A DNA stretch of 63,590 nt, the filler included, from Theionarchaea archaeon (lineage in GTDB: Archaea; Methanobacteriota_B; Thermococci; Methanofastidiosales; SZ-28-30), in assembly GCA_018992565.1 (NCBI GenBank). It is 6 parts of 6 records of this genome, joined end to end, with 100 filler letters (N's around TTAATTAATTAA, not from the genome) between each part and the next. Parts side by side here need not be neighbours in the genome. Positions count along the whole stretch, not along the records: positions 1 to 31,034 come from JACVGW010000022.1; 5 more parts are not named here. The stretch is one strand, 5' to 3'. Each line of letters opens with the position of its first letter. The stretch's first letter is position 1. The notes under the pieces are model-generated. The model had not been told where the DNA came from, searched no databases, and saw only the letters and a program-made list of their open reading frames with translations. The position numbers and the translations under genes are program-made. Below are positions 1-10,383 of the stretch, piece by piece.

Positions 1-1
1 A

Positions 2-994
2 CCTGCTGAAGAGAAGCTCCTCAAAGCCATTCAGGAAGTATCAACGGATCAATCTTCTCTTGAACGGGTGAAAGCATGTGCAAAGCAGGTATACAAGGCG
101 GCAGAACAACGAATACGGACGGGTGAAACCCAGTATTCTCTGGATTTTCTTATTGGATTACAGGTGCACTGTGGGGCTCTCACAGCCTTGTATGGTGACC
201 CGGAATTCGGGACACACGAAATTGCCGTATATGAGGCCGTCCTATCAGACTGCATTACATCAGAAAGATCACTTCCACTCATTTCACCGGGTGAGCAGTC
301 TTCCGCCGCAAAGGTTACTCCCTTACCAGAATTCCAGGGAGATATCGAAGAAACTGATGAGGAGAACAACACAGGGGCACTTGTTCTTATTGTGAAACCC
401 AGGGGAGATAGGTGGATAAGAATTGGCAAAGCAATTTCGCTGGAGGTGCTGGGGCATGCAGCATTAGAAGTACTCAAGCGTATCTTGATGTGGATAGTCG
501 AATCTCTCGTTACAGTCATCAGCTATACCTTTGCTATTGTAGGAGTGATTATTTCGCTTATCTTGAATGCCTCTCCCGTTGGTGGGTCATGGGTGGACTG
601 TGTGGTGGATTGTATGACAACTGATCCCAGTGGGACTTTTGCAAAGATATTTGAGACAGAAGAGACGGAACTGACCATTGAAGGAAAGACGAAATCAGGA
701 ACGCCTTGTGAAAGAAGCGGTTTCTATCAGGTCTACACTGATCCCATTCAAATAGTATACACGATAATGGGCGTGCTCAGAGTCTATAGAAGTCCAAACG
801 GTCACTACTTCTGCTATGGTGAGGACTACACGAATGCGTGGGTTGTTGAGGTAGAAGTCTGGGGAGCCTATAGTACAGGAAGAGTTGTAGAGGCATTCAG
901 AGTAGATTGTAGTTATGAATGTAATAAAACGGATTGTCCGATTTACGAAAAGTGGGTTTTATACGATAATTTTACTTTGATATGGGAAAGGTAG
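2..994 (+). CDS. Hypothetical protein (5'-partial) with a central hydrophobic segment and Cys-rich C-terminal region
   Basis: Frame is open from position 2 to TAG at 994; hydrophobic stretch VTVISYTFAIVGVIISLIL; several Cys in the C-terminal third; family not recognised. Confidence 0.7.
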   Translation, partial: PAEEKLLKAIQEVSTDQSSLERVKACAKQVYKAAEQRIRTGETQYSLDFLIGLQVHCGALTALYGDPEFGTHEIAVYEAVLSDCITSERSLPLISPGEQSSAAKVTPLPEFQGDIEETDEENNTGALVLIVKPRGDRWIRIGKAISLEVLGHAALEVLKRILMWIVESLVTVISYTFAIVGVIISLILNASPVGGSWVDCVVDCMTTDPSGTFAKIFETEETELTIEGKTKSGTPCERSGFYQVYTDPIQIVYTIMGVLRVYRSPNGHYFCYGEDYTNAWVVEVEVWGAYSTGRVVEAFRVDCSYECNKTDCPIYEKWVLYDNFTLIWER

Positions 995-1088
995 GAAATT
1001 TCAAGCAAGTTTTAACAACTTCAGAATTCCATTCATTCTTCTATGTTGAGAATTGGCAACAATTACCTGACTTGTTGTTGTTCATCAA

Positions 1089-2606
1089 TCATTCTTTCCT
1101 TTCTGCATAGAAGACCCTCAAGACCATGATTGCCAGTGCACATAACACAATGACAATCAATGCCGCTGTCGGAGAAACAGAACTTCTGATGGAGACTGCA
1201 AGGAGAATCTGCTCGACGCCAGAGTCGTCCTCGCCAATCCATATGACATAGGACTTCCCTGCCTTGTCCACTGCAATCTGAGGCTGTGTGTTAATACGCT
1301 TCGAGAACTGAGAGGAAGAAATCTTCTCAAAATCTTCCTGATTTCCAGATGAATCGATTTTCGTCCAAAATACTGTCATTTCGGATTGTCTGCCCGACTT
1401 CTGATTGTATCTACTCCATACAATACAAGATTCTCTTTCAGCATTCACTGCGATATCAGGATAATAGTCGTCATAGAGATCGCTTTCTGCATAATTTGAG
1501 ATTTTCTGGACCTTCCCCGGCAATTCATGACTTTCTATTTTCACAAGATAAACTTCATAATCGTTCCCGTTGAAATTCTCCCAGACAATGTGCAAGGCCT
1601 GGGAATTATCTATTGCTGTCCTGGGATTGTAGTCATCGTACATTGAAGCTGGATAATTCATAATTCTCTGAGCGTCTTTGAGAATACCGTTGGCATCTAT
1701 TCTGACCCAATAAATGTCATAGTTTTTCCCATCTAATCCTGACCATACTACATAGGATGTTCCAGATCCATCAACAGCTAGTTGTGGTGTCATGGCCCGA
1801 ATGTCAATGCTATCTGTAAAAACCGAGACTTTAAGAACCTCACTAGTCGTTCCTGAATTTCCGATTCTTGCCCAGTATATTTCAAAGTCACCAGGTTCTT
1901 TCCAGCAATCATCCTTGTCACATCCCTGCCATGCCACATAGGAATTTCCCTGTCTATCCACAGTGATTTGAGGATTTATATCGCCATATGATATGTTGTC
2001 TTTATGAGTGGAAACCTTTACCGTGTCACCGATCTCACCTCTATCGTCTATCTTCACCCAATAGATATCTGCATTACCGCCACTATCTCGTTCCCCATCG
2101 AATCCCTGCCACACCACATAGGAATTTCCTTCATTATCTGTGGCAATCTGGGAACTCCGATTGTTATTGGTGGCATACTCATCAAGACAAGAGATATTCA
2201 AAATGTCACTCCGCTCCCCAGATGAATTGATCTTTACCCAGTATACATCACTATCATTATTGAGAGATCTCGTCCAGGTAACATAGGAATTTCCCTGTCT
2301 ATCCACAGTGATATCAACGAGATAGTCTTTGCTACCTCCAATGTGTTCGCCATCAGAAAGCTTCATGACTGTTCCTGGACCACCTTCTGCATCCACCTTG
2401 GTCCAGAAGACGACACTATCTCTCACCGTGTATCCTTCCCATACCACATACGTATTCCCTTCAGCATCAATACCCATGTGAGGATTCCTATTGGGCCATT
2501 CGCTATTTGCTTCATGAGTTGAAATCTTCACTACGGGAGTCCAGGCAGATAGAAAGAGCATCAGAATCATCAGACCGGGACCCAAAACCACCATTCGAAT
2601 ATTCAT
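1089..2606 (-). CDS. Secreted, C-terminally anchored beta-propeller repeat protein
   Basis: N-terminal signal-like hydrophobic segment after an AGGAGG RBS; 8 repeats of (Q/D)IxxDxxGNxYVxW...DIYWxKI; C-terminal TM helix followed by a basic tail. Confidence 0.75.
   Translation of the reverse strand: MNIRMVVLGPGLMILMLFLSAWTPVVKISTHEANSEWPNRNPHMGIDAEGNTYVVWEGYTVRDSVVFWTKVDAEGGPGTVMKLSDGEHIGGSKDYLVDITVDRQGNSYVTWTRSLNNDSDVYWVKINSSGERSDILNISCLDEYATNNNRSSQIATDNEGNSYVVWQGFDGERDSGGNADIYWVKIDDRGEIGDTVKVSTHKDNISYGDINPQITVDRQGNSYVAWQGCDKDDCWKEPGDFEIYWARIGNSGTTSEVLKVSVFTDSIDIRAMTPQLAVDGSGTSYVVWSGLDGKNYDIYWVRIDANGILKDAQRIMNYPASMYDDYNPRTAIDNSQALHIVWENFNGNDYEVYLVKIESHELPGKVQKISNYAESDLYDDYYPDIAVNAERESCIVWSRYNQKSGRQSEMTVFWTKIDSSGNQEDFEKISSSQFSKRINTQPQIAVDKAGKSYVIWIGEDDSGVEQILLAVSIRSSVSPTAALIVIVLCALAIMVLRVFYAERKE
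1936..2312. repeat. Exact 32-nt intragenic direct repeat (1936-1967 and 2281-2312)
   Basis: acataggaatttccctgtctatccacagtgat occurs twice, encoding ITVDRQGNSYV in two propeller blades. Confidence 0.9.
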
Positions 2607-2765
2607 AGTATTCCTCCTTCCATTCCGCATGGAATACACCTTTGATGGTACCATAAAAACCTTTGCTGCTGCAGCAGTCTCTTAGATGGCGGATACGGAT
2701 GCAAAAGAATGTCCAGAGTACGGCTTAATCTGGTCGCCGTGTTCTTCATTAAGAGAATTCCTTTA

Positions 2766-3179
2766 TTATTTGCAAGGTCTGTCTCTACTTGCAACGAGAG
2801 CTCTGCCGGCATAGCCAAAAGCACCCAAAGCATGAGTCGGTACATGCCACGTTGCAACAGCGTGGCCAGCTGCATGAGCCACGAATCTCGCTGCATCTGA
2901 TTTGGCTTCTCGAGCAGCTGCATGTGAGTCAAGTGAGAGTCTGCGTACCTCTGCCATTCCAAGCTTTCGCTTTCCCTGCGCCCAATCCCTTATCGCTTCA
3001 ATTGCCTGGCGCGGTCGATTATCGCCTGGACATTCTTTCTCAAAAATCGGGAGGACTCGCTCAACCTCCTTTGCCGCCTTGAGTCCAAATAGTCTGTGGT
3101 AGTATGAATCACGCCACGGCGTGCTATCGGGGGTTGGATTTGTTTTCTCGTTCCTGCGTGCAGTACGATTAGTACTCAT
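2766..3179 (-). CDS. Imm5-like putative immunity protein
   Basis: Pattern ERVLPIFE...DNRPRQAIEA...HAAAREA...AAGHAVATWHV typical of this family; start uncertain (3179 or 3221). Confidence 0.7.
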   Translation of the reverse strand: MSTNRTARRNEKTNPTPDSTPWRDSYYHRLFGLKAAKEVERVLPIFEKECPGDNRPRQAIEAIRDWAQGKRKLGMAEVRRLSLDSHAAAREAKSDAARFVAHAAGHAVATWHVPTHALGAFGYAGRALVASRDRPCK

Positions 3180-3419
3180 ACTGGATGTATATCTGATTAC
3201 ACTAATAATGGTTACAGTCAATCATACGTGGAGGAAGTGAAGTGGCAGCAGTAGTCTATGACCTTCTCATTCCTGGAGGCTCAACCACATCCAAAACCCC
3301 CATGTTTCCACAATCACAATTACTGCTACTGTCAGAGAAGTAGAACCTCTGATGGTAACATGCCGGAGACTCGTGAATTCTTGAGCAAACCTTTTAAACC
3401 ATAGTCGGGATACAGACCT

Positions 3420-4490
3420 ATGCGATTAAAAAAGATATTTGAAAATGCGCCAGAGGTGGATGCAATTGTTCTCACGAATGCTGCCAGCCCCCATGTTGAT
3501 ATGAGCTTTTTTTACGTCACGGGATTAATATCCGGTATATTTGAAGGATGCTCGGCCATTGTATATCCTGATCACATTGAACTTTTAACGAGTGCTCTGG
3601 AAGAGGAAAGTGCCAGAAAGGGGGGATTTGATGTCTCAGTATTCAGGACCAAAGAAGAAGGAGAGACCCACTTACGCAGTAAATTGAAAGGGCTGAAGAA
3701 GATTGGTATCAATGCAGATGAACTCACCTATGGTTCATTATTAAAGCTGAAGAAAAATTCAGAGGCTGAATTTGTGGATGTCAGCGCTGCCATCAACAAG
3801 GCTCGTCTGACCAAGGACAAAGAAGAAGTGTCAAGAATACGTACCGCATGCGACATAATCTCCAGAGTGACAGAAGAGATTCCTCAGATGGTGCACGCAG
3901 GAATGACAGAACAGGAATTAGCTGCTGAAATCAACTACTCCATGCAGAAAAAGGGTGCTTCCCAGCCTGCCTTTCCCAGCTTGATTTGTTTCGGAAAAAA
4001 CGCATCAGAACCGCACCATTCCAGTGATGAAACCTCGTTGAAAAAAGGAGATTTCATTCTGTGTGACATAGGGGCTCAATACAAGCGGTATGTCTCTGAC
4101 ATTACCAGGACCTTCATATTCGGAACTGCAGAAGAGAACCAGAAAGCCATGTATGCTGCTGTTCTCAGGTCCCAAGCCCTTGCTTTGGAACACATGAAAG
4201 AGGGAGTAGAGGGATGTGATGTTCACACTATGGTAAAAGAATTCCTGGATGAATCGTATCCGGGCAGGTTCATACATGGTCTTGGCCACTCCATTGGACT
4301 GAGTGTACATGATGGAGGACGCATGGGTGCAGACTCTGACCTTATGCTGGAGCAGGGAATGGTATTCACGGTGGAACCTGGAGTATACATTCCAGGGTAT
4401 GGTGGCGTGAGAATAGAAGATGATGTCCTGATAACAGAAAAAGGAGTTGACATTCTAACCACCGCGGGAAAGGAGCTCCAGGTACTCTAA
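3420..4490 (+). CDS. pepQ: Xaa-Pro aminopeptidase / prolidase (M24B)
   Basis: DIG..Y.SDITRT, HGLGHSIGLSVHD, TVEPGVY and GVRIEDD metal-binding motifs. Confidence 0.92.
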   Translation: MRLKKIFENAPEVDAIVLTNAASPHVDMSFFYVTGLISGIFEGCSAIVYPDHIELLTSALEEESARKGGFDVSVFRTKEEGETHLRSKLKGLKKIGINADELTYGSLLKLKKNSEAEFVDVSAAINKARLTKDKEEVSRIRTACDIISRVTEEIPQMVHAGMTEQELAAEINYSMQKKGASQPAFPSLICFGKNASEPHHSSDETSLKKGDFILCDIGAQYKRYVSDITRTFIFGTAEENQKAMYAAVLRSQALALEHMKEGVEGCDVHTMVKEFLDESYPGRFIHGLGHSIGLSVHDGGRMGADSDLMLEQGMVFTVEPGVYIPGYGGVRIEDDVLITEKGVDILTTAGKELQVL

Positions 4491-4533
4491 GTATTCAATG
4501 CACTTTCCTACGACTCGCAGTACTGGCAGGTCT

Positions 4534-5322
4534 TCACCTGAATAGATCCCTCTCTTTTTCTCTCTGCAATTGTCTGGCAGTTCCCTCGCCCTTGACATAT
4601 GTTGCCCCTCTGATTATTACAATGGGGATGCCTTCATTGGACTGTCCCTGCAGAATAGAGGCCGCTGAAGCCAGTTCGTCAGCTATAGCTATGGGAGACG
4701 CCTCAAGTACGTACCCATATAGATCCGTCTCTCCTGCCCTTACCCATATGGGGACCAACCCTGCCAGTCCAATGGCAGTTCCTACAGCTCCACCTCGCAG
4801 AGGTCGCCCCTGAGTATCATTGATAATCACTGCAACCTCTCTACCTGTTTCCTCCCGAATTCTCTCACGAATTTTCCTGGCAGAGACATCAGAATCTACA
4901 GGCAGCGTAATGACATGATCCATGTCACCTGTGACGTTGGAGTGATCAATACCACAACTGGCACAGATGAGTCCATGTCTCGTCTCAGCGATAATAGGCC
5001 CTTTGCCCACCCTGATAATCTCAGTTGTCTCCCTCAGTATCACCTCACAGAGTCGAGGGTCCTTCCCAGTGAAATCCGCAAGTTCCTTGGCTTTCTCGCT
5101 GGGAGTAACCTGTCTTAAGTCTATAATATTTCCTTCTGCCTTTGAGATGATAGTCTGAGCAATGACAATAACGTCTGAGTTCACAAGGGAAATGTTGTTC
5201 TTCTTGAGGCAATCTATGAAGATACCTGGGATATCATCTCCTTTATTGATGAGTGGTACCCCGGGGACCGGAATTATCTCAATTTTCCGAGGGACAATCA
5301 TACTGTGAATAGGATAACTCAT
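4534..5322 (-). CDS. cofE: Coenzyme F420-0:L-glutamate ligase
   Basis: GDD, IISKAEG, GIDHSN, DTQGRPLR.G, ADELASAA motifs and C-terminal DLFR. Confidence 0.92.
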   Translation of the reverse strand: MSYPIHSMIVPRKIEIIPVPGVPLINKGDDIPGIFIDCLKKNNISLVNSDVIVIAQTIISKAEGNIIDLRQVTPSEKAKELADFTGKDPRLCEVILRETTEIIRVGKGPIIAETRHGLICASCGIDHSNVTGDMDHVITLPVDSDVSARKIRERIREETGREVAVIINDTQGRPLRGGAVGTAIGLAGLVPIWVRAGETDLYGYVLEASPIAIADELASAASILQGQSNEGIPIVIIRGATYVKGEGTARQLQREKERDLFR

Positions 5323-6040
5323 TTTTTAAAGGTTGTGTCACCTTCAGCAGACTGACACGTTCACAGTTCCTGTATGCTTCTTCTATGGGGTTACTGCAAA
5401 GGTTCAAGCAGATTTCACTTCAGACGATTATTGTCTGCATCCTCAACCAGGTTGCTTTCAAGAGTCTTCACTGATTCGTATATGGGTGACGACATGATCA
5501 TAAGCACCTGAGGGATATTCATGGGGATTATGACTCACCTTCATACAAGAAATTGTCTGTCTTGTTGATCGCAGTCATATGCATTGTGGGTTGTGCAAAC
5601 CAGGCAAGAAAACCAGAAGAATCTGTCTCTGAACCTTCATAGACAACGGTTCGTGACCTCTGGCTTTCTGCAGAAAAATACTCACATGAGTGTTAACCAC
5701 ATTAGGAAAAAGAAATGTATATCCAGAGTTCGTCTGATGGCCACAGTCTTGAGCCTGATCTTCAGAGCACGTACATCAGCATCTACCATGAACTGCTCTG
5801 GTCCATCACCTTTCTGGCTTCAGAATGGTGTGGCGCAGTGATATGACGGACGGACAAGGTCGGCCAATAACAAGAATGCATCTTCTGTCTCATCCGTAAT
5901 CACACACTTTCCTGGTTTCATAAAATCACCTCGTTTACACACTCGCACCTGACCGATATAAGTCTTTTCCTTCACAGTCGAGGCGTATGGTATCTGGGGT
6001 CAATGAGGAGCATCTGTTCATAAATGCGCAGTTTATTTTC

Positions 6041-6055
6041 CGAAAGCTTTATAAA
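6041..6055 (+). promoter_or_regulatory. BRE/TATA promoter of psmB-fttA
   Basis: CGAAAGCTTTATAAA upstream of psmB; the same AAA-N(1-3)-TTTA(T/A)A pattern recurs before many genes in the window. Confidence 0.65.
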
Positions 6056-6120
6056 GGAATATTCTTCTAAGTACATGCTGGTTCTGCAATTCAACGAACT
6101 GGTTTTTTGGGTGGTTTCCT

Positions 6121-6735
6121 ATGGACAAACGAAAGGGAACTACAACTGTGGTGCTTGTGTTGAAGAATGGTGTCGTCTTTGCTGCAGATAAGCAAGCATC
6201 TGCAGGAATGGCTGTTGCTTCCAAAACGACACACAAAATATTTCAAATCGATGATCACATGGCAGTTACTGTGGCAGGGAGCCTTGGCGATGCACAAAAC
6301 CTTGTCAGCCTCCTGAAAGCAGAAATCAATCTGGCCAATATGGAAAAGGACTATCTCACTGTCAAGGCGGTGGCATCTTTAACCTCACGGATACTCCACC
6401 AGCAGCGGTTCTACCCATATATTGCCTGGCTTGTGTTGGGCGGCCATGATGAGAGAGGACCTTCAGCCTTTTCTATCGATCCTCTTGGAGGAGTTACTGA
6501 GGATTCTTTCATCGCAACAGGGTCCGGCATGCAGACAGTGTACGGTCTCTTGGAAGATCAGTTCAATCAGGAACTCTCTCTTGATCAAGGCACCGACCTT
6601 GCACTCAGAGCCATTCGCTCCTCCAGGGAACGTGATCTGGCAACAGGGGGAGGAATTGCACTCAGCATCATCACACCAGATGGATATAAAGAGTTCTCAG
6701 AACAGGAAGTTAAAAACAAGTTAGAAGAATTGTAA
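6121..6735 (+). CDS. psmB: Proteasome subunit beta
   Basis: G|TTTV autoprocessing site after a 6-aa propeptide; AADK, AGSLGDAQ, ATGSG; adjacent to fttA as usual in archaea. Confidence 0.96.
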   Translation: MDKRKGTTTVVLVLKNGVVFAADKQASAGMAVASKTTHKIFQIDDHMAVTVAGSLGDAQNLVSLLKAEINLANMEKDYLTVKAVASLTSRILHQQRFYPYIAWLVLGGHDERGPSAFSIDPLGGVTEDSFIATGSGMQTVYGLLEDQFNQELSLDQGTDLALRAIRSSRERDLATGGGIALSIITPDGYKEFSEQEVKNKLEEL

Positions 6736-6744
6736 GGTGATTCT

Positions 6745-8670
6745 TTGACTTCAGAAGAAATATTGCAGAATATCAAGGAAGTTGTGAATGAAACTATTCC
6801 CATCGGAGCAGTAGTAACAAATGTCGAGTTCGAAGGCCCCGATGTGGTAATATACACCCGCAATCCTGGAATGCTTATTGATGACAGTGAACTCATCAAA
6901 GAAATGGCGAGGAAACTGCGCAAGCGCATTGTTATCAGACCAGATCCTTCAGTGCTCACTGATGAAGAGACTGCTACTGAAGGGATCAGATCTGTGGTAC
7001 CTGAGGAAGCACAGATAACCAGCATTAGCTTTGACCATACCTCATACGAAGTTGTCATTGAAGCGCGAAAACCAGGACTGGTCATTGGAAAGTCAGGCAA
7101 TACATTACGGGAGATTGCAAAGAAGATTCGATGGGCACCAAGAGTGGTAAGAACGCCACCCATAGAATCCAGCACGGTGCGGGGAATTAGAGAGACCTTG
7201 GAGAGGGAGATTGCAGAGAGAAGGGAGATTCTCATGAGGATTGGCCATCGCATCTACAGAAGCGAAGATGTCCGGTCTCAATGGGTACGAATTACTGCTT
7301 TAGGGGGGTTCAGAGAAGTAGGACGATCATGTCTGCTGCTTCAAACCCCTGAATCAAAGATTCTGTTGGATTGTGGGGTCAATGTAGCCTCAGATGATCC
7401 AAATATAGCTTATCCATACTTGAGCGCTCCTGAATTCAAATATGTTCTCACCTCAGGCGATCTGGATGCTGTGGTGATTTCTCATGCTCACCTTGACCAT
7501 TCAGGGTTCGTCCCTTTCCTGTATAAATATGGGTATGATGGACCAGTATACTGCACACCTCCCACCAGGGACTTGAGCACGTTGCTGCAGCTTGACTACA
7601 TGGATATTTCCCAGAGGGAGAACAAGGATGTACCTTACTCTCGGAAGGAGATCCGGGAAGTGGTGAAGCACACCATTACCCTGGACTACAAGGAAGTCAG
7701 GGACATTGCTCCAGATGTCAGGCTGACACTTCATAATGCAGGTCACATTCTGGGGAGTTCAATAATCCACCTCCATGTTGGCAATGGGCTGCATAATATT
7801 GCATATACAGGTGATCTGAAATACGACTACACAAAGCTGTTTGAACCTGCCAGCACCCGATTTCCCCGTCTGGAGACCCTGATTATTGAATCCACGTATG
7901 GAGGATACAATGATCGAATGCCTCCCCGGACAGAGAGTGAACGGCAGCTCATGCACATTATCAAGGACACTATCGCGAGAAAGGGGAAAGTCCTCATCCC
8001 GGTGCTCTCAGTGGGAAGAGCTCAGGAAATTGTGGTAGTCCTTGAAGAGTACGTGAGAACTGGTCAATTGGAAGGCATACCTGTCTGGCTTGACGGAATG
8101 ATATGGGAAGCTACAGCAATCCACACGACATATCCTGAGTACTTGTGCAGGAAATTGAGAGATCAGATATTCCACCAGGGGCACAACCCCTTCTTGTCTG
8201 ATGCGTTTGATGCTGTGGGTGACTCAAACCAGCGAAAAAGCATCATGGAGGGAGACCCTGCCATTATACTGGCTACCTCTGGTATGTTGATAGGTGGACC
8301 TTCAGTGGAATACTTCAAGAACCTGGCAGATGATCCCGCCAATACACTGGTATTTGTGTCGTATCAGGCAGAAGGATCTCTGGGTTCCAGAGTTCAGAAG
8401 GGATGGAACGAGATTCCTTTGAAGGGAGAGAACGGAAAAACAGAAGTAATCAGGGTCAATATGGATGTGTGTACGGTGGATGGGTTTTCAGGTCACTCAG
8501 ATCACACGCAATTGATCAATTTTGTGAGAAAAATCAATTCCAAGCTTGAACGGGTGCTAACCAACCACGGTGATGGTTCCAAGTCCATTGAACTGGCCAG
8601 CATCATCTACAAGACCTTCAAGAAAGAGACGCGTTCTCCTCTGAACCTGGAAACCATGAGACTGAGTTAA
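6745..8670 (+). CDS. fttA: Transcription termination factor FttA (aCPSF1, KH + beta-CASP ribonuclease)
   Basis: Two KH domains (PGLVIGKSG), GGFREVGRSC, SHAHLDH, AGHILGSS, FSGHSD; TTG start with GGTGA RBS. Confidence 0.97.
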   Translation: MTSEEILQNIKEVVNETIPIGAVVTNVEFEGPDVVIYTRNPGMLIDDSELIKEMARKLRKRIVIRPDPSVLTDEETATEGIRSVVPEEAQITSISFDHTSYEVVIEARKPGLVIGKSGNTLREIAKKIRWAPRVVRTPPIESSTVRGIRETLEREIAERREILMRIGHRIYRSEDVRSQWVRITALGGFREVGRSCLLLQTPESKILLDCGVNVASDDPNIAYPYLSAPEFKYVLTSGDLDAVVISHAHLDHSGFVPFLYKYGYDGPVYCTPPTRDLSTLLQLDYMDISQRENKDVPYSRKEIREVVKHTITLDYKEVRDIAPDVRLTLHNAGHILGSSIIHLHVGNGLHNIAYTGDLKYDYTKLFEPASTRFPRLETLIIESTYGGYNDRMPPRTESERQLMHIIKDTIARKGKVLIPVLSVGRAQEIVVVLEEYVRTGQLEGIPVWLDGMIWEATAIHTTYPEYLCRKLRDQIFHQGHNPFLSDAFDAVGDSNQRKSIMEGDPAIILATSGMLIGGPSVEYFKNLADDPANTLVFVSYQAEGSLGSRVQKGWNEIPLKGENGKTEVIRVNMDVCTVDGFSGHSDHTQLINFVRKINSKLERVLTNHGDGSKSIELASIIYKTFKKETRSPLNLETMRLS

Positions 8671-8683
8671 TTCAGAGGATATC

Positions 8684-8712
8684 TCTCCTTTTTTCTCCCA
8701 TATTCTTTTCAT
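8684..8712 (+). terminator. Pyrimidine/T-rich terminator after fttA
   Basis: ctcctttttttctcccatattcttttc just after the stop, facing a convergent gene. Confidence 0.45.
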
Positions 8713-8818
8713 TCCTACTGGAAAGCAGGGTTGAGCACTCATTCAGCAATTGAACAGGGCCAAAAGAATGGGCAATGAGATTGAAGAGAAGAAGTCAAAG
8801 AAGAAAAGAAAAAAAGGG

Positions 8819-9214
8819 TTAGACAGGAACGTATTTCACGGTGATTCTGTTCTTGTCCAGTTGTTCAGGCTTCAACTTGACCTTCATTCCTACTTTGAGG
8901 GCATTGGGATTGGCAAATAAGTGAGCCAGCATCCGCACACCATTTTCAAACTGTCCAATGGCTACCACGTATGGGGCTCTATCTGCTATGGATTCTGGAG
9001 CAAACATGATCACTGTATAGGTAAAAAGCTCGGCTTCAGGATTCATTTCAATCCATTCAACGTCTCCGCCACAGGGGCAGTGCCCCCTGGGAGGTAGGAA
9101 TACCTGCTGACAGCTCGTACACCGGGTAGCCATAATCTTACCCTGGGTCAGACCTTCGTTCCACTTCTCCACCACTGCCGTATTGGTGGACCAATTGACA
9201 TATCCGAAATCCAT
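8819..9214 (-). CDS. DUF35 Zn-ribbon/OB-fold thiolase partner
   Basis: CxxC...PPR..CPC Zn ribbon, TYTVI, PYVVA; directly after the thiolase. Confidence 0.92.
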   Translation of the reverse strand: MDFGYVNWSTNTAVVEKWNEGLTQGKIMATRCTSCQQVFLPPRGHCPCGGDVEWIEMNPEAELFTYTVIMFAPESIADRAPYVVAIGQFENGVRMLAHLFANPNALKVGMKVKLKPEQLDKNRITVKYVPV

Positions 9215-9218
9215 AGTA

Positions 9219-10373
9219 TCACCTCGAATAGATCAGTACATTGGCAAACTGGCCTGTCTGTCCCACATTGTGAGACAGTCCAATCTCTGCTCCTTCTACC
9301 TGCCTCTCACCGCATTCGCCTCGAAGCTGCTTCACCAATTCCACGCACTGGGAAACGCCTGTCGCTCCAATTGGGTGTCCTTTTGACTTGAGGCCGCCGT
9401 CCACATTGACTGGCATTGCGCCGCCAATGTAAGACTGCTTGTCCTCAATAAATGTGCCTCCTTCACCTGCCTTGCAGAATCCCAGGTCTTCATAGGCCAT
9501 GATCTCAGCAATAGTAAAGCAGTCATGTACTTCAGCTACATCCACGTCCTTTACCTCAATCCCTGCCATCTTGTAGGCATCACGGGCAGCTCTCTTCACA
9601 CCGCTGAGACTGGTGAGACTGGGTCTTTCTGCCACCATCATGGTGTCAGATCCAGAACCAACTCCAGTAATCCACACTGGCGTATCCGTATACTCCCGTG
9701 CCTTCTCCTCTGACATCAGAATGGCTGCAGCTCCTCCATCTGAAATCAAGCAGCAGTCGTACAATCCCAGAGGCCAGGCAATAATCATGGCATTGACAGC
9801 TTCTTCCAGGGGGATCTCCTTGGGCAGGTGAGCAACAGGATTCCTGGCTCCATAGTAGTGGTTCTTCACTCCTACCATGGCAAGCTGCTCCTTTGTGGTC
9901 CCGTACTCATGCATATGGCGCGTGGCAAACAGAGCGTAGAACCCGGGGAAGGACACTCCAAAAGGATATTCCCATCGGGTATCCCCTGCTCGAGCCATCA
10001 ACTCTGTAGCACGAACTGAAGAAACAGCGTTCATTTTCTCAACGCCCACAACAATGACAATGTCATGCAACCCAGAACTGACCATCCCATATGCTGCTTT
10101 TAACCCTGCAGTACCTGAAGCACAGGCTGACTCCACCCTGAAGACTGGGCGGGGCTGTATCCCTGTATAGTCACCAACTAAAGCAGAAGGTGCTCCCTGG
10201 CCTGCGAATTCTTCCCCTGCAATGGTAACCACACCTGCTTCCAGATCGTTCTGGGTGATTCCAGCATCTTCCAGAGCAGGGATGACTGCTTCAAAAGCCA
10301 GTTCACGTAAGGTGGCATCAGTACGCTTTCCAAACTTGCCATGCCCTACGCCTACCACAGCAACTTTTCTCAT
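9219..10373 (-). CDS. Acetyl-CoA acetyltransferase (archaeal thiolase)
   Basis: ESACASG, EVHDCF, GGLKSKGHPIGATG, HNVG; start at MRKVAVVG. Confidence 0.95.
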   Translation of the reverse strand: MRKVAVVGVGHGKFGKRTDATLRELAFEAVIPALEDAGITQNDLEAGVVTIAGEEFAGQGAPSALVGDYTGIQPRPVFRVESACASGTAGLKAAYGMVSSGLHDIVIVVGVEKMNAVSSVRATELMARAGDTRWEYPFGVSFPGFYALFATRHMHEYGTTKEQLAMVGVKNHYYGARNPVAHLPKEIPLEEAVNAMIIAWPLGLYDCCLISDGGAAAILMSEEKAREYTDTPVWITGVGSGSDTMMVAERPSLTSLSGVKRAARDAYKMAGIEVKDVDVAEVHDCFTIAEIMAYEDLGFCKAGEGGTFIEDKQSYIGGAMPVNVDGGLKSKGHPIGATGVSQCVELVKQLRGECGERQVEGAEIGLSHNVGQTGQFANVLIYSR

Positions 10374-10383
10374 GCTGTTCACT

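Noticed and set aside
5391..5921. Selenoprotein reading through the TGA codons
   Set aside because: The read-through product is not protein-like, TGA is frequent in off-frames, and no SECIS or Sec machinery is visible in the window.
6585..7253. Long antisense ORFs (for example 6585-7253, 12166-12792, 41924-42691, 59944-60567)
   Set aside because: They are shadows of well-supported genes on the opposite strand, with no recognisable motifs.
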